Source: a virus
IMG/VR virus record: IMGVR_UViG_3300045988_062793
Length of the DNA: 64,000 nucleotides
Direction: 5' to 3' (one strand)
The translations under genes were made by a program, and so were the position numbers. The notes beneath the pieces are model-generated. The model was not told the origin of the DNA and did not search any database. It worked only from the letters and a program-made list of their open reading frames with translations. How positions within the stretch are numbered: position 1 is the stretch's first letter; the number at the start of each line of letters is the position of its first letter. Below, one piece after another: positions 45,306-54,877 of this stretch.

Positions 45306-47474
45306 ATGCAGGTAGTAAAAAGAGACGGAAGTTTACAGGAGTTTGATAGTAATAAAATAGTAGAAGCAATATCTAAGGCATTTAACGCCTGCTGCCCAGA
45401 TGAGAACAGAGACGTTATTAATGCTATGGTATCAGATATGCATTTATGGGATGGAATTACTATTGAAGAAATTCAAGATGTTGTAATTGAGACCTTGAGA
45501 GACTATGGTTATGATGATGTAGCCTCGGCTTATTCTCAATATAGAAGTGAGCAATCTAGGCTTAGAGAAATCATAGCTAAGATTAGTTATCAAGACAACT
45601 ATATAAATAGTTCTGAAAATGCAGCCACTTCATCTGAAACAGATGGAAATGCTAATGTTGTATCTAAGAATGTTGCTACATTAGAAAGTGAAGACAGAAA
45701 GCGCGAAAACAGAGAAATTCAACGCTATCGTATGAAGAAGAAATTAAAACTTCTTTATCCTGAATTATCTTCCCAATATGCTAGAGACTTAGATAGTCAT
45801 ATTATCTATACTCATGATGAAGCTTCTACCTCAGTACTTAAACAGTATTGTATGGCAGTTTCATTATATCCCTTAATGCTTGAAGGAGTAGGCAATATCG
45901 ACGGAGTTACTCCAGGTCCTCCTAATGATTTGCAGTCATTCAGTGGACAGGTTACTAATCTAGTATTTCTACTGTCTTCTCAATGTAAAGGAGCAGTAGC
46001 TGTGGGAAGCTACTTCATTGCTCTTAATTATTACATCATAGCTGAATATGGAGAAAAATGGTATGAAAAGCTTGGCTGTATATGTACCTCCGAGCATTCA
46101 CTCATTAAGCGTACTATTAAAGACAGTATTCTCAAAGCATTCAAACAATTTGTTTGGGGAATTAATCAGCCTGCTGGAAATAGAAGCTATCAGTCGCCCT
46201 TTACTAATGTATCATATTATGATAAGACATACTTCGAGTCCTTGTTTGGAGAGTTTTATTATCCAGATGGAACGAAACCGGAGTGGAGTGCGATTGATAC
46301 ATTGCAAAGACTATTTATGTCTTGGTTCAACAAGCTGCGTTTGAAACAGGTACTAACCTTCCCAGTTGAAACTTTCGCTATGGTGCATGACGGAAAAGAT
46401 ATTATAGATAAGGAATACAAAGATTTGTGTGCAGAAATGTATGCACAAGGTCATAGTTTCTTTACTTATATTTCTGATAGTGCAGATAGTCTAGCTTCGT
46501 GTTGTAGACTTCGTAATGAATTGGCGGAGAATACATTTAGTCCTACCTCTGGTATGACTGGAGTGAAAACTGGTTCTTGTAATGTAATTACTTTAAACAT
46601 TAACAGAATTGTTCAGGATTGGGCTAAGGAAGAAACCACCTGGTGGAGTGAAGAGGGAGATAAGAATCTTCTTCATTGCAAAGACAATATTCCACTGCTC
46701 AAGAAATACTTAGTGAATATTCTAGAAAGAGTTTATAAGTATCACATTACTTATAAGACTATGCTCTATGAATGGGAAGAAAAGAAGATGTTTGCTTCTT
46801 CTAATGGTGGATATATCAATATTAAAGACCTATACAGTACTATTGGTTTAAATGGTTTGAATGAAGCTGCTGAGTTCCTGGGACTGAAAGTATCTAATAA
46901 TCCAGAGTATTTCGAGTTCTTGCAGCTAATCCTCGGAACTATTAAGGAGCAGAATAAGATTCATTCCATCCACGATAAGAAAAGACCTTTCCTATTTAAT
47001 TCTGAAGTTGTTCCAGCAGAGGGACTTGGTGGTAAAAATTATAGATGGGATAAAGAAGATGGATATTGGGTTCCAGAAGATAGGAATTTGTACAATAGCT
47101 ATTTTTATAATGCCCATGATGATACCTCTGTATTAGATAAGTTTATACTTCATGGGAGACAGACTTATCAATATACTGATGGGGGTAGCGCAGCTCACAT
47201 AAACCTAGAGGAACATTTATCTAAGAAGCAGTATTTGAAGCTCATAGATTTTGCTATTGAACAAGGAACTAACTACTTTACGTTTAATATTCCGAACAGT
47301 AAGTGTGAGGATTGTAAACATATTGTAAAAGCCCCAATCAAAGTATGTCCAAAGTGTGGAAGTGAGCATATTACCCAGTATACTAGAATTATTGGCTATC
47401 TAAGACCTATTACTGCATTTGGTAAGGATAGAAGAATAGAAGCTGAAAAGAGAACTTATTCAAAAAGTGTATAA
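45306..47474 (+). CDS. nrdD: Anaerobic ribonucleoside-triphosphate reductase (class III) with N-terminal ATP-cone
   Basis: ATP-cone VVKRDGSLQEFDSNKIVEAI; C-terminal Zn-ribbon CEDCKH...CPKCGSEH and glycyl-radical motif RIIGYLRPI. Confidence 0.8.
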   Translation: MQVVKRDGSLQEFDSNKIVEAISKAFNACCPDENRDVINAMVSDMHLWDGITIEEIQDVVIETLRDYGYDDVASAYSQYRSEQSRLREIIAKISYQDNYINSSENAATSSETDGNANVVSKNVATLESEDRKRENREIQRYRMKKKLKLLYPELSSQYARDLDSHIIYTHDEASTSVLKQYCMAVSLYPLMLEGVGNIDGVTPGPPNDLQSFSGQVTNLVFLLSSQCKGAVAVGSYFIALNYYIIAEYGEKWYEKLGCICTSEHSLIKRTIKDSILKAFKQFVWGINQPAGNRSYQSPFTNVSYYDKTYFESLFGEFYYPDGTKPEWSAIDTLQRLFMSWFNKLRLKQVLTFPVETFAMVHDGKDIIDKEYKDLCAEMYAQGHSFFTYISDSADSLASCCRLRNELAENTFSPTSGMTGVKTGSCNVITLNINRIVQDWAKEETTWWSEEGDKNLLHCKDNIPLLKKYLVNILERVYKYHITYKTMLYEWEEKKMFASSNGGYINIKDLYSTIGLNGLNEAAEFLGLKVSNNPEYFEFLQLILGTIKEQNKIHSIHDKKRPFLFNSEVVPAEGLGGKNYRWDKEDGYWVPEDRNLYNSYFYNAHDDTSVLDKFILHGRQTYQYTDGGSAAHINLEEHLSKKQYLKLIDFAIEQGTNYFTFNIPNSKCEDCKHIVKAPIKVCPKCGSEHITQYTRIIGYLRPITAFGKDRRIEAEKRTYSKSV

Positions 47475-48146
47475 ATGAGTAAAATTTTAATTGTCCCAGA
47501 TGTTCATGGGAGAAAGTTTTGGCATAAAGCCAAAGAAATGATAAACAGTGTGGATAAGGTAGTCTTCTTAGGAGACTACCTAGATCCGTACCCTTGGGAA
47601 TGTATCTCTAGACTTAATGCCATTAAAGAGTTTGAGGAAATAATTAAGTTCAAAAACGATAATCCTGACAAGGTTGTACTATTGTTGGGAAATCACGATT
47701 GTGCTTACTGTTTCGATTTTGGAAGTGCATCCAGATATGATTATGAAAACGAGTTTGAAATCAAAAACTTATTTAGTACAAATATAGGGCTATTTAGACT
47801 CTATTTTAGAGAAGGAAATTATTTATTCACTCATGCTGGCATTACCAGAGATTGGTTGAGAACATATCTTCCAGAATATGATATTGAAAGATTTACTACC
47901 TTAACTACTAGAGAGTTAGTTCCATTCTTATGGAAGGTATCATTTCTGAGAGGCGGAGACCAAGATACTGGAAGCATGGTATGGAGTGATGTCTCTGAGG
48001 GAGATAGAGAAGATACCTGCTATCAAATCTTTGGACATACTCAATTAGAGTCAGAGCCTATTATCACTGATAAATGGGCTTGTCTGGACGTAAGAAGGTG
48101 TTTCTTATTAGACACTGATAATAGAAAAATAGAAGAGATATGTTAA
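47475..48146 (+). CDS. Calcineurin-like metallophosphoesterase (Ser/Thr phosphatase-like)
   Basis: DVHG, GDYLD, GNHD, THAG and GH motifs in the canonical order. Confidence 0.6.
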   Translation: MSKILIVPDVHGRKFWHKAKEMINSVDKVVFLGDYLDPYPWECISRLNAIKEFEEIIKFKNDNPDKVVLLLGNHDCAYCFDFGSASRYDYENEFEIKNLFSTNIGLFRLYFREGNYLFTHAGITRDWLRTYLPEYDIERFTTLTTRELVPFLWKVSFLRGGDQDTGSMVWSDVSEGDREDTCYQIFGHTQLESEPIITDKWACLDVRRCFLLDTDNRKIEEIC

Positions 48147-48640
48147 AGTATGTAGACACCAAGGTAGTTTTTCAGGAGATTCCAGACGAGATTACCTTAG
48201 CAATAAATATATCTAATTGTCCATGTCATTGTCCGGGGTGTCATTCTTCATATTTGGCAGAGGATATTGGCAATCCCCTAATAGAATATCCAAAAGGATA
48301 CTCAGACGACTTTGTAATTCACATTGACGAACTAATAGAAAAGTCCCCTGGTATTTCATGTGTTTCTATGATGGGAGGAGATTCAGACCCAACACTAGTT
48401 AATGTATTAGCTAGTTACCTTAAGGATTTCTATCCAGATTTAAAGGTTGCTTGGTATAGTGGTAGAGAAAGTCTACCTAAGAGTATTAATCTAAATAATT
48501 TTGATTATATAAAACTTGGACCATATATTGAAGAAAAAGGACCCCTCAGCAGTAGAACTACTAACCAAGTAATGCTTCAAATAGATAATAGTTATGGAAA
48601 ACCCATAACTAAAGACATCACATCACGTTTTTGGAAATGA
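48140..48640 (+). CDS. nrdG: Anaerobic ribonucleotide reductase activating protein (radical SAM)
   Basis: Cys cluster NCPCHCPGCHS (CxxxCxxC) near the N-terminus, 166 aa, 670 nt downstream of nrdD. Confidence 0.7.
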   Translation: MLKYVDTKVVFQEIPDEITLAINISNCPCHCPGCHSSYLAEDIGNPLIEYPKGYSDDFVIHIDELIEKSPGISCVSMMGGDSDPTLVNVLASYLKDFYPDLKVAWYSGRESLPKSINLNNFDYIKLGPYIEEKGPLSSRTTNQVMLQIDNSYGKPITKDITSRFWK

Positions 48641-48933
48641 TTCTTAAAGTAGTGTATGACGACGACAGTCAAATATTGGTTGACAAGCTGAAAAGTATTC
48701 TTCCTAACTATCCATTAATTGAATTAGAGTCTTATCATGAAGGTTTATTTAAGGAGAGAAAGAAGGCTTTTAAAATTAAAGGAGGCTTTAGTGCTAGACA
48801 TACTCCTTTTGCAGTGCTCATCAATAATGATTCAGAACCAGTAATGGCTTTTTATAGTGAGGCTAATACTTGTACTATAGATGAGATACTTAAAACATTA
48901 AATAATTATACTGTATATGGTAGAAAAGAGTGA
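48631..48933 (+). CDS. Hypothetical protein (100 aa)
   Basis: ORF track. Confidence 0.4.
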   Translation: MEMILKVVYDDDSQILVDKLKSILPNYPLIELESYHEGLFKERKKAFKIKGGFSARHTPFAVLINNDSEPVMAFYSEANTCTIDEILKTLNNYTVYGRKE

Positions 48934-49267
48934 TGTATCTGATATTCTTAGTAAAAAGTGTCTTCTGATAAAGGGTTTGGAGGAGAACATCTTCAAAGAT
49001 TTCACTAGTGAGGAGGAAGATCTTCTCCACTCTAAACATGGTAGAATAAAGGTTTGGCACAAATCTGGTGCCGGAAAGGTCTATGATGGTATCACTGGAG
49101 CATTTAAGGTAGGACTTCCTGTAATCATTAATTGTAATCCTGTGAAAACAGTCCCAAAGATTACAACAATAGATTGGGATTCTCATATGTTTCAGACCAT
49201 AGACGGAGATTGGTTTAACTTTGAATTTACTCCTATTAAATTAAGAGAATTAACTAGCTTAATATGA
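48917..49267 (+). CDS. Hypothetical protein (116 aa)
   Basis: ORF track. Confidence 0.4.
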   Translation: MVEKSDVSDILSKKCLLIKGLEENIFKDFTSEEEDLLHSKHGRIKVWHKSGAGKVYDGITGAFKVGLPVIINCNPVKTVPKITTIDWDSHMFQTIDGDWFNFEFTPIKLRELTSLI

Positions 49268-49569
49268 TTAGAAAATTTACAAATATTGTTTGCGTTTATT
49301 ATAACGACAAAAACTATATTCCAGCTAAATACAACTGTCCAGATTTAGAAATTGATGATGTAATTCTCAACTTGACTACAAATAAGGAGCAGAACTACGA
49401 AAAGATTTCTGAAATTATAGTTGATTATGCTTTTGCTTTGTTTTGTAACAAATCTGATTTAAAGGATTTCGCACAAGACCATAAGAAGTATAAGAGGCAG
49501 AACTGGAAATTGCTCGACTTTAGGGAAATAATTAAAACAACAGAGATAAAACCAAAAGATCAGAAATGA
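49264..49569 (+). CDS. Hypothetical protein (101 aa)
   Basis: ORF track. Confidence 0.4.
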   Translation: MIRKFTNIVCVYYNDKNYIPAKYNCPDLEIDDVILNLTTNKEQNYEKISEIIVDYAFALFCNKSDLKDFAQDHKKYKRQNWKLLDFREIIKTTEIKPKDQK

Positions 49570-50120
49570 AATATGGAGTTATTTTAGCTAGGTTTCAGCC
49601 CATTCACAATGGGCACCTAGCTTTAATTAAAAAAGCTTGTTCAGAGAACGATAAGGTTCTTTTGTTAGTTGGTAGTGCTGATAAAGTAAACAAGCGTAAT
49701 CCTATTCCTATAAAGGTTAGGATAAAATTACTAGAAACTGCCTTAGAGGACGAAGGTTTACTTAGTAGATGTATCATTCAGCCTCTTAATGATTTGACTG
49801 ATGAGTCTGATAACTCTCAGGATTGGGGATTCTATTTATATGCTAACATAGTTAGTATTATAAAAGAGTCCCATTTTAATATCTACTATAGCGATGGATA
49901 CGAAATTATTACAACATGGTTTCCAAAGTTTATGCTGAAGGGTTATATATCAATGACTCTCATGGCAAGAGAACAGGTAGAAGAAGGTATATCGGCTACT
50001 GTTGTAAGAGATGCCCTAAGATCTAATTTAAGCCTAGAAGGACTAGTTCCTAAGTGTGTTATAGATGCAAGATTTTATTTAACTGAATTTATTTTATTAC
50101 ATGAAAGTACTCATAATTAA
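49566..50120 (+). CDS. nadM: Nicotinamide-nucleotide adenylyltransferase, NadM type
   Basis: N-terminal [21 protein letters not shown] carries the nucleotidyltransferase (H/T)xGH motif in the NadM-specific RFQPxHxGH context; about 180 aa. Confidence 0.65.
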   Translation: MKYGVILARFQPIHNGHLALIKKACSENDKVLLLVGSADKVNKRNPIPIKVRIKLLETALEDEGLLSRCIIQPLNDLTDESDNSQDWGFYLYANIVSIIKESHFNIYYSDGYEIITTWFPKFMLKGYISMTLMAREQVEEGISATVVRDALRSNLSLEGLVPKCVIDARFYLTEFILLHESTHN

Positions 50121-50682
50121 TAAATCAAGACATCAACTTCCTCAGTATGAAACTCCCTTATCAGCAGGTATGGATATTAGAGGAGACTTTAGTAGAATTA
50201 AGTTAGTAGACAATAAGCCTGAGAAATTCTTTTTCGATGCTGATGTTGTAGCTATTAGTAAAATTGAAGATCCAAATGGTCCATTTGTGGTAGACAAGGA
50301 AGGAAATCTTACTGATAGAAGAGTTCCTAGTATTCCCGTTGCTTCTACTATTGAAATAAAGCCCGGAGGTAGATGTTTGATTCCGACTGGATTGTTTATA
50401 GCTTTACCTAAGGGTTACGAGGCGCAAGTTCGACCACGAAGCGGTCTTGCATTAAAATTGGGACTTACTGTCCTTAATTCACCTGGAACCATTGACGCCG
50501 ACTACAGAGGAGAGATTGGAGTTGTATTAGTGAACACTTCTAATGTCCCAGTTAGAATTACTGATGGAGAAAGAATTGCCCAAATAGTTATTGCTAAGCA
50601 TGAAACTATAGAATGGGAAGTTGTTGAAGAATTACCTTCCACTGAACGAGGAGAAGGGGGATTTGGACATACCGGAGTATGA
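50101..50682 (+). CDS. dut: dUTPase-family enzyme (dUTP diphosphatase or dCTP deaminase-like)
   Basis: PRSGLALK (motif 3-like) and [17 protein letters not shown] (motif 4/5-like); 193 aa. Confidence 0.65.
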   Translation: MKVLIINKSRHQLPQYETPLSAGMDIRGDFSRIKLVDNKPEKFFFDADVVAISKIEDPNGPFVVDKEGNLTDRRVPSIPVASTIEIKPGGRCLIPTGLFIALPKGYEAQVRPRSGLALKLGLTVLNSPGTIDADYRGEIGVVLVNTSNVPVRITDGERIAQIVIAKHETIEWEVVEELPSTERGEGGFGHTGV

Positions 50683-50924
50683 TATGGATATTAATGGTAT
50701 TGGGGTTATGTAATTTAGCCCTAATACTTTGTCTCATGCGGAGAGTTGAGGACATTAGTAATCAAATCAAAACTAATTATCACTTTATTGATGATACAAG
50801 AGACAAAGTCAAGTATCTAACTTCTCTAATGGATATACGAGTGAATATTCCAGAAGAAATCGAGAAGCAATTTGGTAAGATGAAAAAGGAAATTGTTGTT
50901 AAAAATGTATTAAAAGTACCATGA
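50679..50924 (+). CDS. Small membrane protein (81 aa)
   Basis: ORF track; N-terminal TM helix. Confidence 0.4.
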   Translation: MIWILMVLGLCNLALILCLMRRVEDISNQIKTNYHFIDDTRDKVKYLTSLMDIRVNIPEEIEKQFGKMKKEIVVKNVLKVP

Positions 50925-51241
50925 CTAAAGAGGAATTGAGGTCTAAAATATTAGAACTCGAAGAAGCTATGAGAGAAGAAGACAGCAAGTCTACCACAGC
51001 TAAACTAAGTGATGAATGGGATGAATTAATGAGTAAGTTGGAAGATGTTATCTATGACGAACTCGAAGGTGTTGCAGTTAAGATAGTCACTGAAAGAATT
51101 GTTGATAAATACGATGTAGACACTGATATATTAATTGCAGAGTATATGGAAAGTGGAGACCTAGAGGAATCATTTAAGATAGCAGCCGAGGAGTGCGATT
51201 GCGGTTGGAAGACAGATATTACAAAAAGAATATTAAAATAA
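50921..51241 (+). CDS. Hypothetical acidic protein (106 aa)
   Basis: ORF track. Confidence 0.4.
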   Translation: MTKEELRSKILELEEAMREEDSKSTTAKLSDEWDELMSKLEDVIYDELEGVAVKIVTERIVDKYDVDTDILIAEYMESGDLEESFKIAAEECDCGWKTDITKRILK

Positions 51242-51561
51242 TTACTACTATGACTAAAGAAGGATTTGTAAAGCTTATTGAAAATGCCCAGAACTATTCT
51301 AAGGAATTGGATAGATGGTCTGATTTTGGAATTGATTTGTTTGAACTTCCTATATCCGAACTCGGTTGGGGATTCTTAAATACAGTACTTCCGGAATTGT
51401 TCTCTGATGAAGGAGTGGACTGGGTTAATTGGTGGTTGTTTGAGAAGCCTGGACTATTCAAAAATAGTCTTCCTAATGAAGCTTATGATGAAGACGGAAA
51501 TATAATTCCTACTGATACTATAGATGATTTGTGGAACTTAGTTAAGGACTATCAGAAATGA
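51193..51561 (+). CDS. Hypothetical protein (122 aa)
   Basis: ORF track. Confidence 0.4.
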   Translation: MRLRLEDRYYKKNIKIITTMTKEGFVKLIENAQNYSKELDRWSDFGIDLFELPISELGWGFLNTVLPELFSDEGVDWVNWWLFEKPGLFKNSLPNEAYDEDGNIIPTDTIDDLWNLVKDYQK

Positions 51562-51779
51562 CACTAGAAGAACTTAAAAAGAAAGTAGTCACTATTACAG
51601 TACACAAAAATATTGTATTAGGAGAAGATTTACAGGAAGAATGGCTAAAGAAATATATAGAGGAAGAGTTCGTTAGCGATGAAGAGCTTTTGAAAACCTT
51701 AATCGAGAATGAATATGACTACAGTGGACTAGATGATGTATTAGACTATGATGATTATAAGGTAACTATTCATGATTAA
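51558..51779 (+). CDS. Hypothetical acidic protein (73 aa)
   Basis: ORF track. Confidence 0.4.
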   Translation: MTLEELKKKVVTITVHKNIVLGEDLQEEWLKKYIEEEFVSDEELLKTLIENEYDYSGLDDVLDYDDYKVTIHD

Positions 51780-52971
51780 ATATTTGTTAAGCAAAGCCTC
51801 TACTGGTAAATTTAGAGTTGTATACCTATCTACTACTGAAGAGTGGGATGAAGAAAAAGCTGGATTTGTAATAAATAGAGTTACTGGACAGCTACATGGA
51901 AAGATGACAGAACAGCCAGAAATCGTTATTACTAAGGGTAAGGCTGGTAGAACGCATAGAGAGCAGCTTGAGTTACAGTTTAAGTCTGAGCTTAAGAAAT
52001 ATTTAGATAAAGGTTACAAGGAAATGGAAAATGATCCGGAAACCTACAGTGAAACGCAATTGGAGGAGTTTTATGGAGACATCAAGACGGACCAGAATGG
52101 ATTTGCAAAGCATATGCTTGCAAAATCTGCAGATAAGGTTAAAGAATCCTCAATCAATAAGGTCAAGTATTGGTATGCTAGCCGAAAAATTGATGGAGTT
52201 AGGTGTTCCTTCTACTACAAGGATGGTGAGATTTTATCTGCTTCTAGGGGAGGGGGAAATTATGACTATTCAACAGGTCATATCAGAAGAAATGAGAAAT
52301 TGCTTAAGTTCTTCGAATCTCATCCCGCTTACATACTTGATGGAGAGTTGTATAAACATGGTAAAAGCCTCCAACAAATCAGTGGAGCAGCTCGTCTTGA
52401 GAAGAACGCAGTTGACTGCGACTGGCTTGAATATTATGTTTACGACATCATGATTCCTGGAATGAAGTTCTCAGATAGATTAGAGATTCTTAAGCAGTTG
52501 CAAAAGGAACTTAATCTTGGATTTGACCCAAATAGAGAATGGGAAGAAGGAGAACTTCAAATGCAATTAGTTCCACAGGAGAAGGTTTCTGGATATGAGA
52601 ATATAATGAAACTCCACGACCAGTATGTATCAGAAGGTTGGGAAGGAGTAGTATGTAGAAATCCTGATAAAGAGTATGGCTTCGGAAAACGTACTAATGA
52701 TATGCTTAAATTTAAATTCTACAAGGATGCAGAGTTTGAAATTACTGGCTTATCAGAAGGTCTTCGAGAAGAGGATATGTGTTTTACGTTAATAACTGAA
52801 GATGGTATAGAATTTAAGGCTAAGCCGATGGGTTCCAGAGAGCTTAAGCAGCAGTATAGAGAAAGACTTAAAGAGCTTATTGGAAAGATGGCTACTGTTA
52901 AGTATTTCTATCTATCTGATGAAGGAACACCATTACAGCCTGTTCTAAAGTGTATTCGTGACTATGAGTAA
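51772..52971 (+). CDS. ATP-dependent DNA ligase
   Basis: Motif I SRKIDGVRC (KxDGxR), motif IV WEGVVCR, motif V-like MLKFKFYK. Confidence 0.75.
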   Translation: MIKYLLSKASTGKFRVVYLSTTEEWDEEKAGFVINRVTGQLHGKMTEQPEIVITKGKAGRTHREQLELQFKSELKKYLDKGYKEMENDPETYSETQLEEFYGDIKTDQNGFAKHMLAKSADKVKESSINKVKYWYASRKIDGVRCSFYYKDGEILSASRGGGNYDYSTGHIRRNEKLLKFFESHPAYILDGELYKHGKSLQQISGAARLEKNAVDCDWLEYYVYDIMIPGMKFSDRLEILKQLQKELNLGFDPNREWEEGELQMQLVPQEKVSGYENIMKLHDQYVSEGWEGVVCRNPDKEYGFGKRTNDMLKFKFYKDAEFEITGLSEGLREEDMCFTLITEDGIEFKAKPMGSRELKQQYRERLKELIGKMATVKYFYLSDEGTPLQPVLKCIRDYE

Positions 52972-52973
52972 AA

Positions 52974-53627
52974 ATGAAAAAGATTAACTACAGACAGTAT
53001 TACTATGGAGGTAACTATGCCGATATGGAATTACAAGTTCCAGATGAGTGTAGTTTATACGAAATAGGAATGATTAATACGTCTCACAAGGTTCAGGATA
53101 TAGAAGAGGAAACCTGGACAAAGGCATATGCAATGTTATGCCCAACTGAGTTTGAAGATTCTACCCTTCTAGGAAATGTCTATTTTAATTACATAGACGA
53201 TGTATTTATTACTGATTCTGAAATAGCTGTTCTAGACATAGAATCTGCCCCACGATTTAGTGGGGTATACTCTGTTATGTATTACAAAGACAAAGAGTCA
53301 GAATCCAAATTTTCAGCCTATTTAAGTAAGATTGGAGATATAGGAGAGGCTAGTCCGGATGAATTAACGGAATTAGTAGAGATAGGAAAAGAGTGTAAGA
53401 AAATATGCTCTATATGTATGCTCAGGAAACTTACATATACCGGAATAGAAGCTAGTAATGTATGTTTCAAGGATTGGGTTTATGGAGAAGCTATGGCTTC
53501 TATGAGTATTATCAATATAAAATTCGGAAGAATCTTTATGGAGGAACTTACTACTGATGAAAACATATCAGAGTTGTTCTTAAAGGAGTCTGAGAAAATC
53601 TATAAATCTATTATTAACAATGAATGA
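52974..53627 (+). CDS. Hypothetical protein (217 aa)
   Basis: ORF track. Confidence 0.45.
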   Translation: MKKINYRQYYYGGNYADMELQVPDECSLYEIGMINTSHKVQDIEEETWTKAYAMLCPTEFEDSTLLGNVYFNYIDDVFITDSEIAVLDIESAPRFSGVYSVMYYKDKESESKFSAYLSKIGDIGEASPDELTELVEIGKECKKICSICMLRKLTYTGIEASNVCFKDWVYGEAMASMSIINIKFGRIFMEELTTDENISELFLKESEKIYKSIINNE

Positions 53628-53838
53628 TGTAGAGAAACGCTATATCTGGCTAGTAAAGCATCTGATATGGAATGGTTCTAAACAGAAAAATGGTGTCTAT
53701 TGGGTAAAGATTACTAAAGAAGACGCCTCTCTCCTAGAAGAAAAGTATGAAGTGTGTGATACACGAGCTTTAAAGGGAGGAATAAGAGCGAATGTTATAA
53801 AAATGTGTGATAATTTTATTGTACTTGATACGCGATGA
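53620..53838 (+). CDS. Hypothetical protein (72 aa)
   Basis: ORF track. Confidence 0.4.
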   Translation: MNDVEKRYIWLVKHLIWNGSKQKNGVYWVKITKEDASLLEEKYEVCDTRALKGGIRANVIKMCDNFIVLDTR

Positions 53839-54326
53839 AATACGAAAAGTTTGATATTTTGAAGAAAGCTAAATACTCTATTATTCCGAATAATAGGGAA
53901 TTGTATATAGTATATGTGGAGTGCGATGCGAACGATGGGGATTATATGAGAGATACTCTAGAATTTGACAAGAGTTCTTTTGAAGAGGATGAACTCCTTT
54001 TGTTAGTGTTGTCTTATGTTAGCAAATATTCTGGCAAGTTCTCAGAGGGAAAAAGTTGGAATGACGGACATTACGGACATCATGTAGACGAAAACGAAGA
54101 TTTTCCCTGGTTGAGGGATTATTTATCAGAGAATGATATTCTAATCTTTGCTGGAATGTGTGATACGCTGTGTCATAGTGTAAGTGGTATAGATATTGTA
54201 TACTATGATGATAATGGAATAGCTAACAAGGTGAAGCTTCCAGACGTAGACGACTTATTTGAGAGAAAAGAAGAGTTTGTAGATTACCTAAATAAACTGT
54301 ACAAAGAAAATAGAGAATGGAACTGA
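53835..54326 (+). CDS. Hypothetical protein (163 aa)
   Basis: ORF track. Confidence 0.45.
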   Translation: MKYEKFDILKKAKYSIIPNNRELYIVYVECDANDGDYMRDTLEFDKSSFEEDELLLLVLSYVSKYSGKFSEGKSWNDGHYGHHVDENEDFPWLRDYLSENDILIFAGMCDTLCHSVSGIDIVYYDDNGIANKVKLPDVDDLFERKEEFVDYLNKLYKENREWN

Positions 54327-54556
54327 TTTTTAAAGAGACTTGTGAGGTTAAAAGAGAGTACACAATTGATATTGATGCTCAAGATTTTATAGAATGGCTA
54401 GATGGAGAAGATCCCAGCGAAAGCCTATTAGAGGAATACATAGTTTCTGAAGTCTTGCCTTATGAGGGACCAACTGATGAAATTGAAGGTACCTTAGCAT
54501 CTGAGATAATACATGCTGATGACTTTCTAGACTTATTAGAGGATGAAAATGAATAA
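54317..54556 (+). CDS. Hypothetical acidic protein (79 aa)
   Basis: ORF track. Confidence 0.4.
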   Translation: MELIFKETCEVKREYTIDIDAQDFIEWLDGEDPSESLLEEYIVSEVLPYEGPTDEIEGTLASEIIHADDFLDLLEDENE

Positions 54557-54866
54557 TGGAGGAAATCTTCCCGACAAGTTCAAAATAGCTAATCAAGAAA
54601 TAACCGTAGTTATAGAGGAAATTCTTCCTAATAATAACTACGGTTATTTTTGTGATGCTACTAATATGATTAAGTTAGCAAGAACTCTAAAGACAGAACA
54701 TGATGGAGTTGTTACAGTAAGTGACGAGCAAATGAGGAATACGTTTTACCACGAGCTGTTTCACGCATTTCAGTTTTACTTTAACAATGAGTTCAATGAA
54801 GCACAGGCTCAAGTGTATGCTAACTTTATGTGTGAGTTTATAGAAACTACAGAAGAACCATTTTAA
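54543..54866 (+). CDS. Small putative zinc metallopeptidase-like protein (HExxH)
   Basis: Single HELFH motif in a 107-aa protein; weak. Confidence 0.3.
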   Translation: MKMNNGGNLPDKFKIANQEITVVIEEILPNNNYGYFCDATNMIKLARTLKTEHDGVVTVSDEQMRNTFYHELFHAFQFYFNNEFNEAQAQVYANFMCEFIETTEEPF

Positions 54867-54877
54867 ATAGAGAATAA

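Noticed and set aside
46048-46344. Alternate-frame ORFs nested inside large genes (46048..46344 in nrdD, 52031..52453 in the DNA ligase, 61673..61870 in polA, 2401..2613 in the flotillin gene)
   Set aside because: They are fully embedded in strongly supported genes in another frame and are chance open frames.
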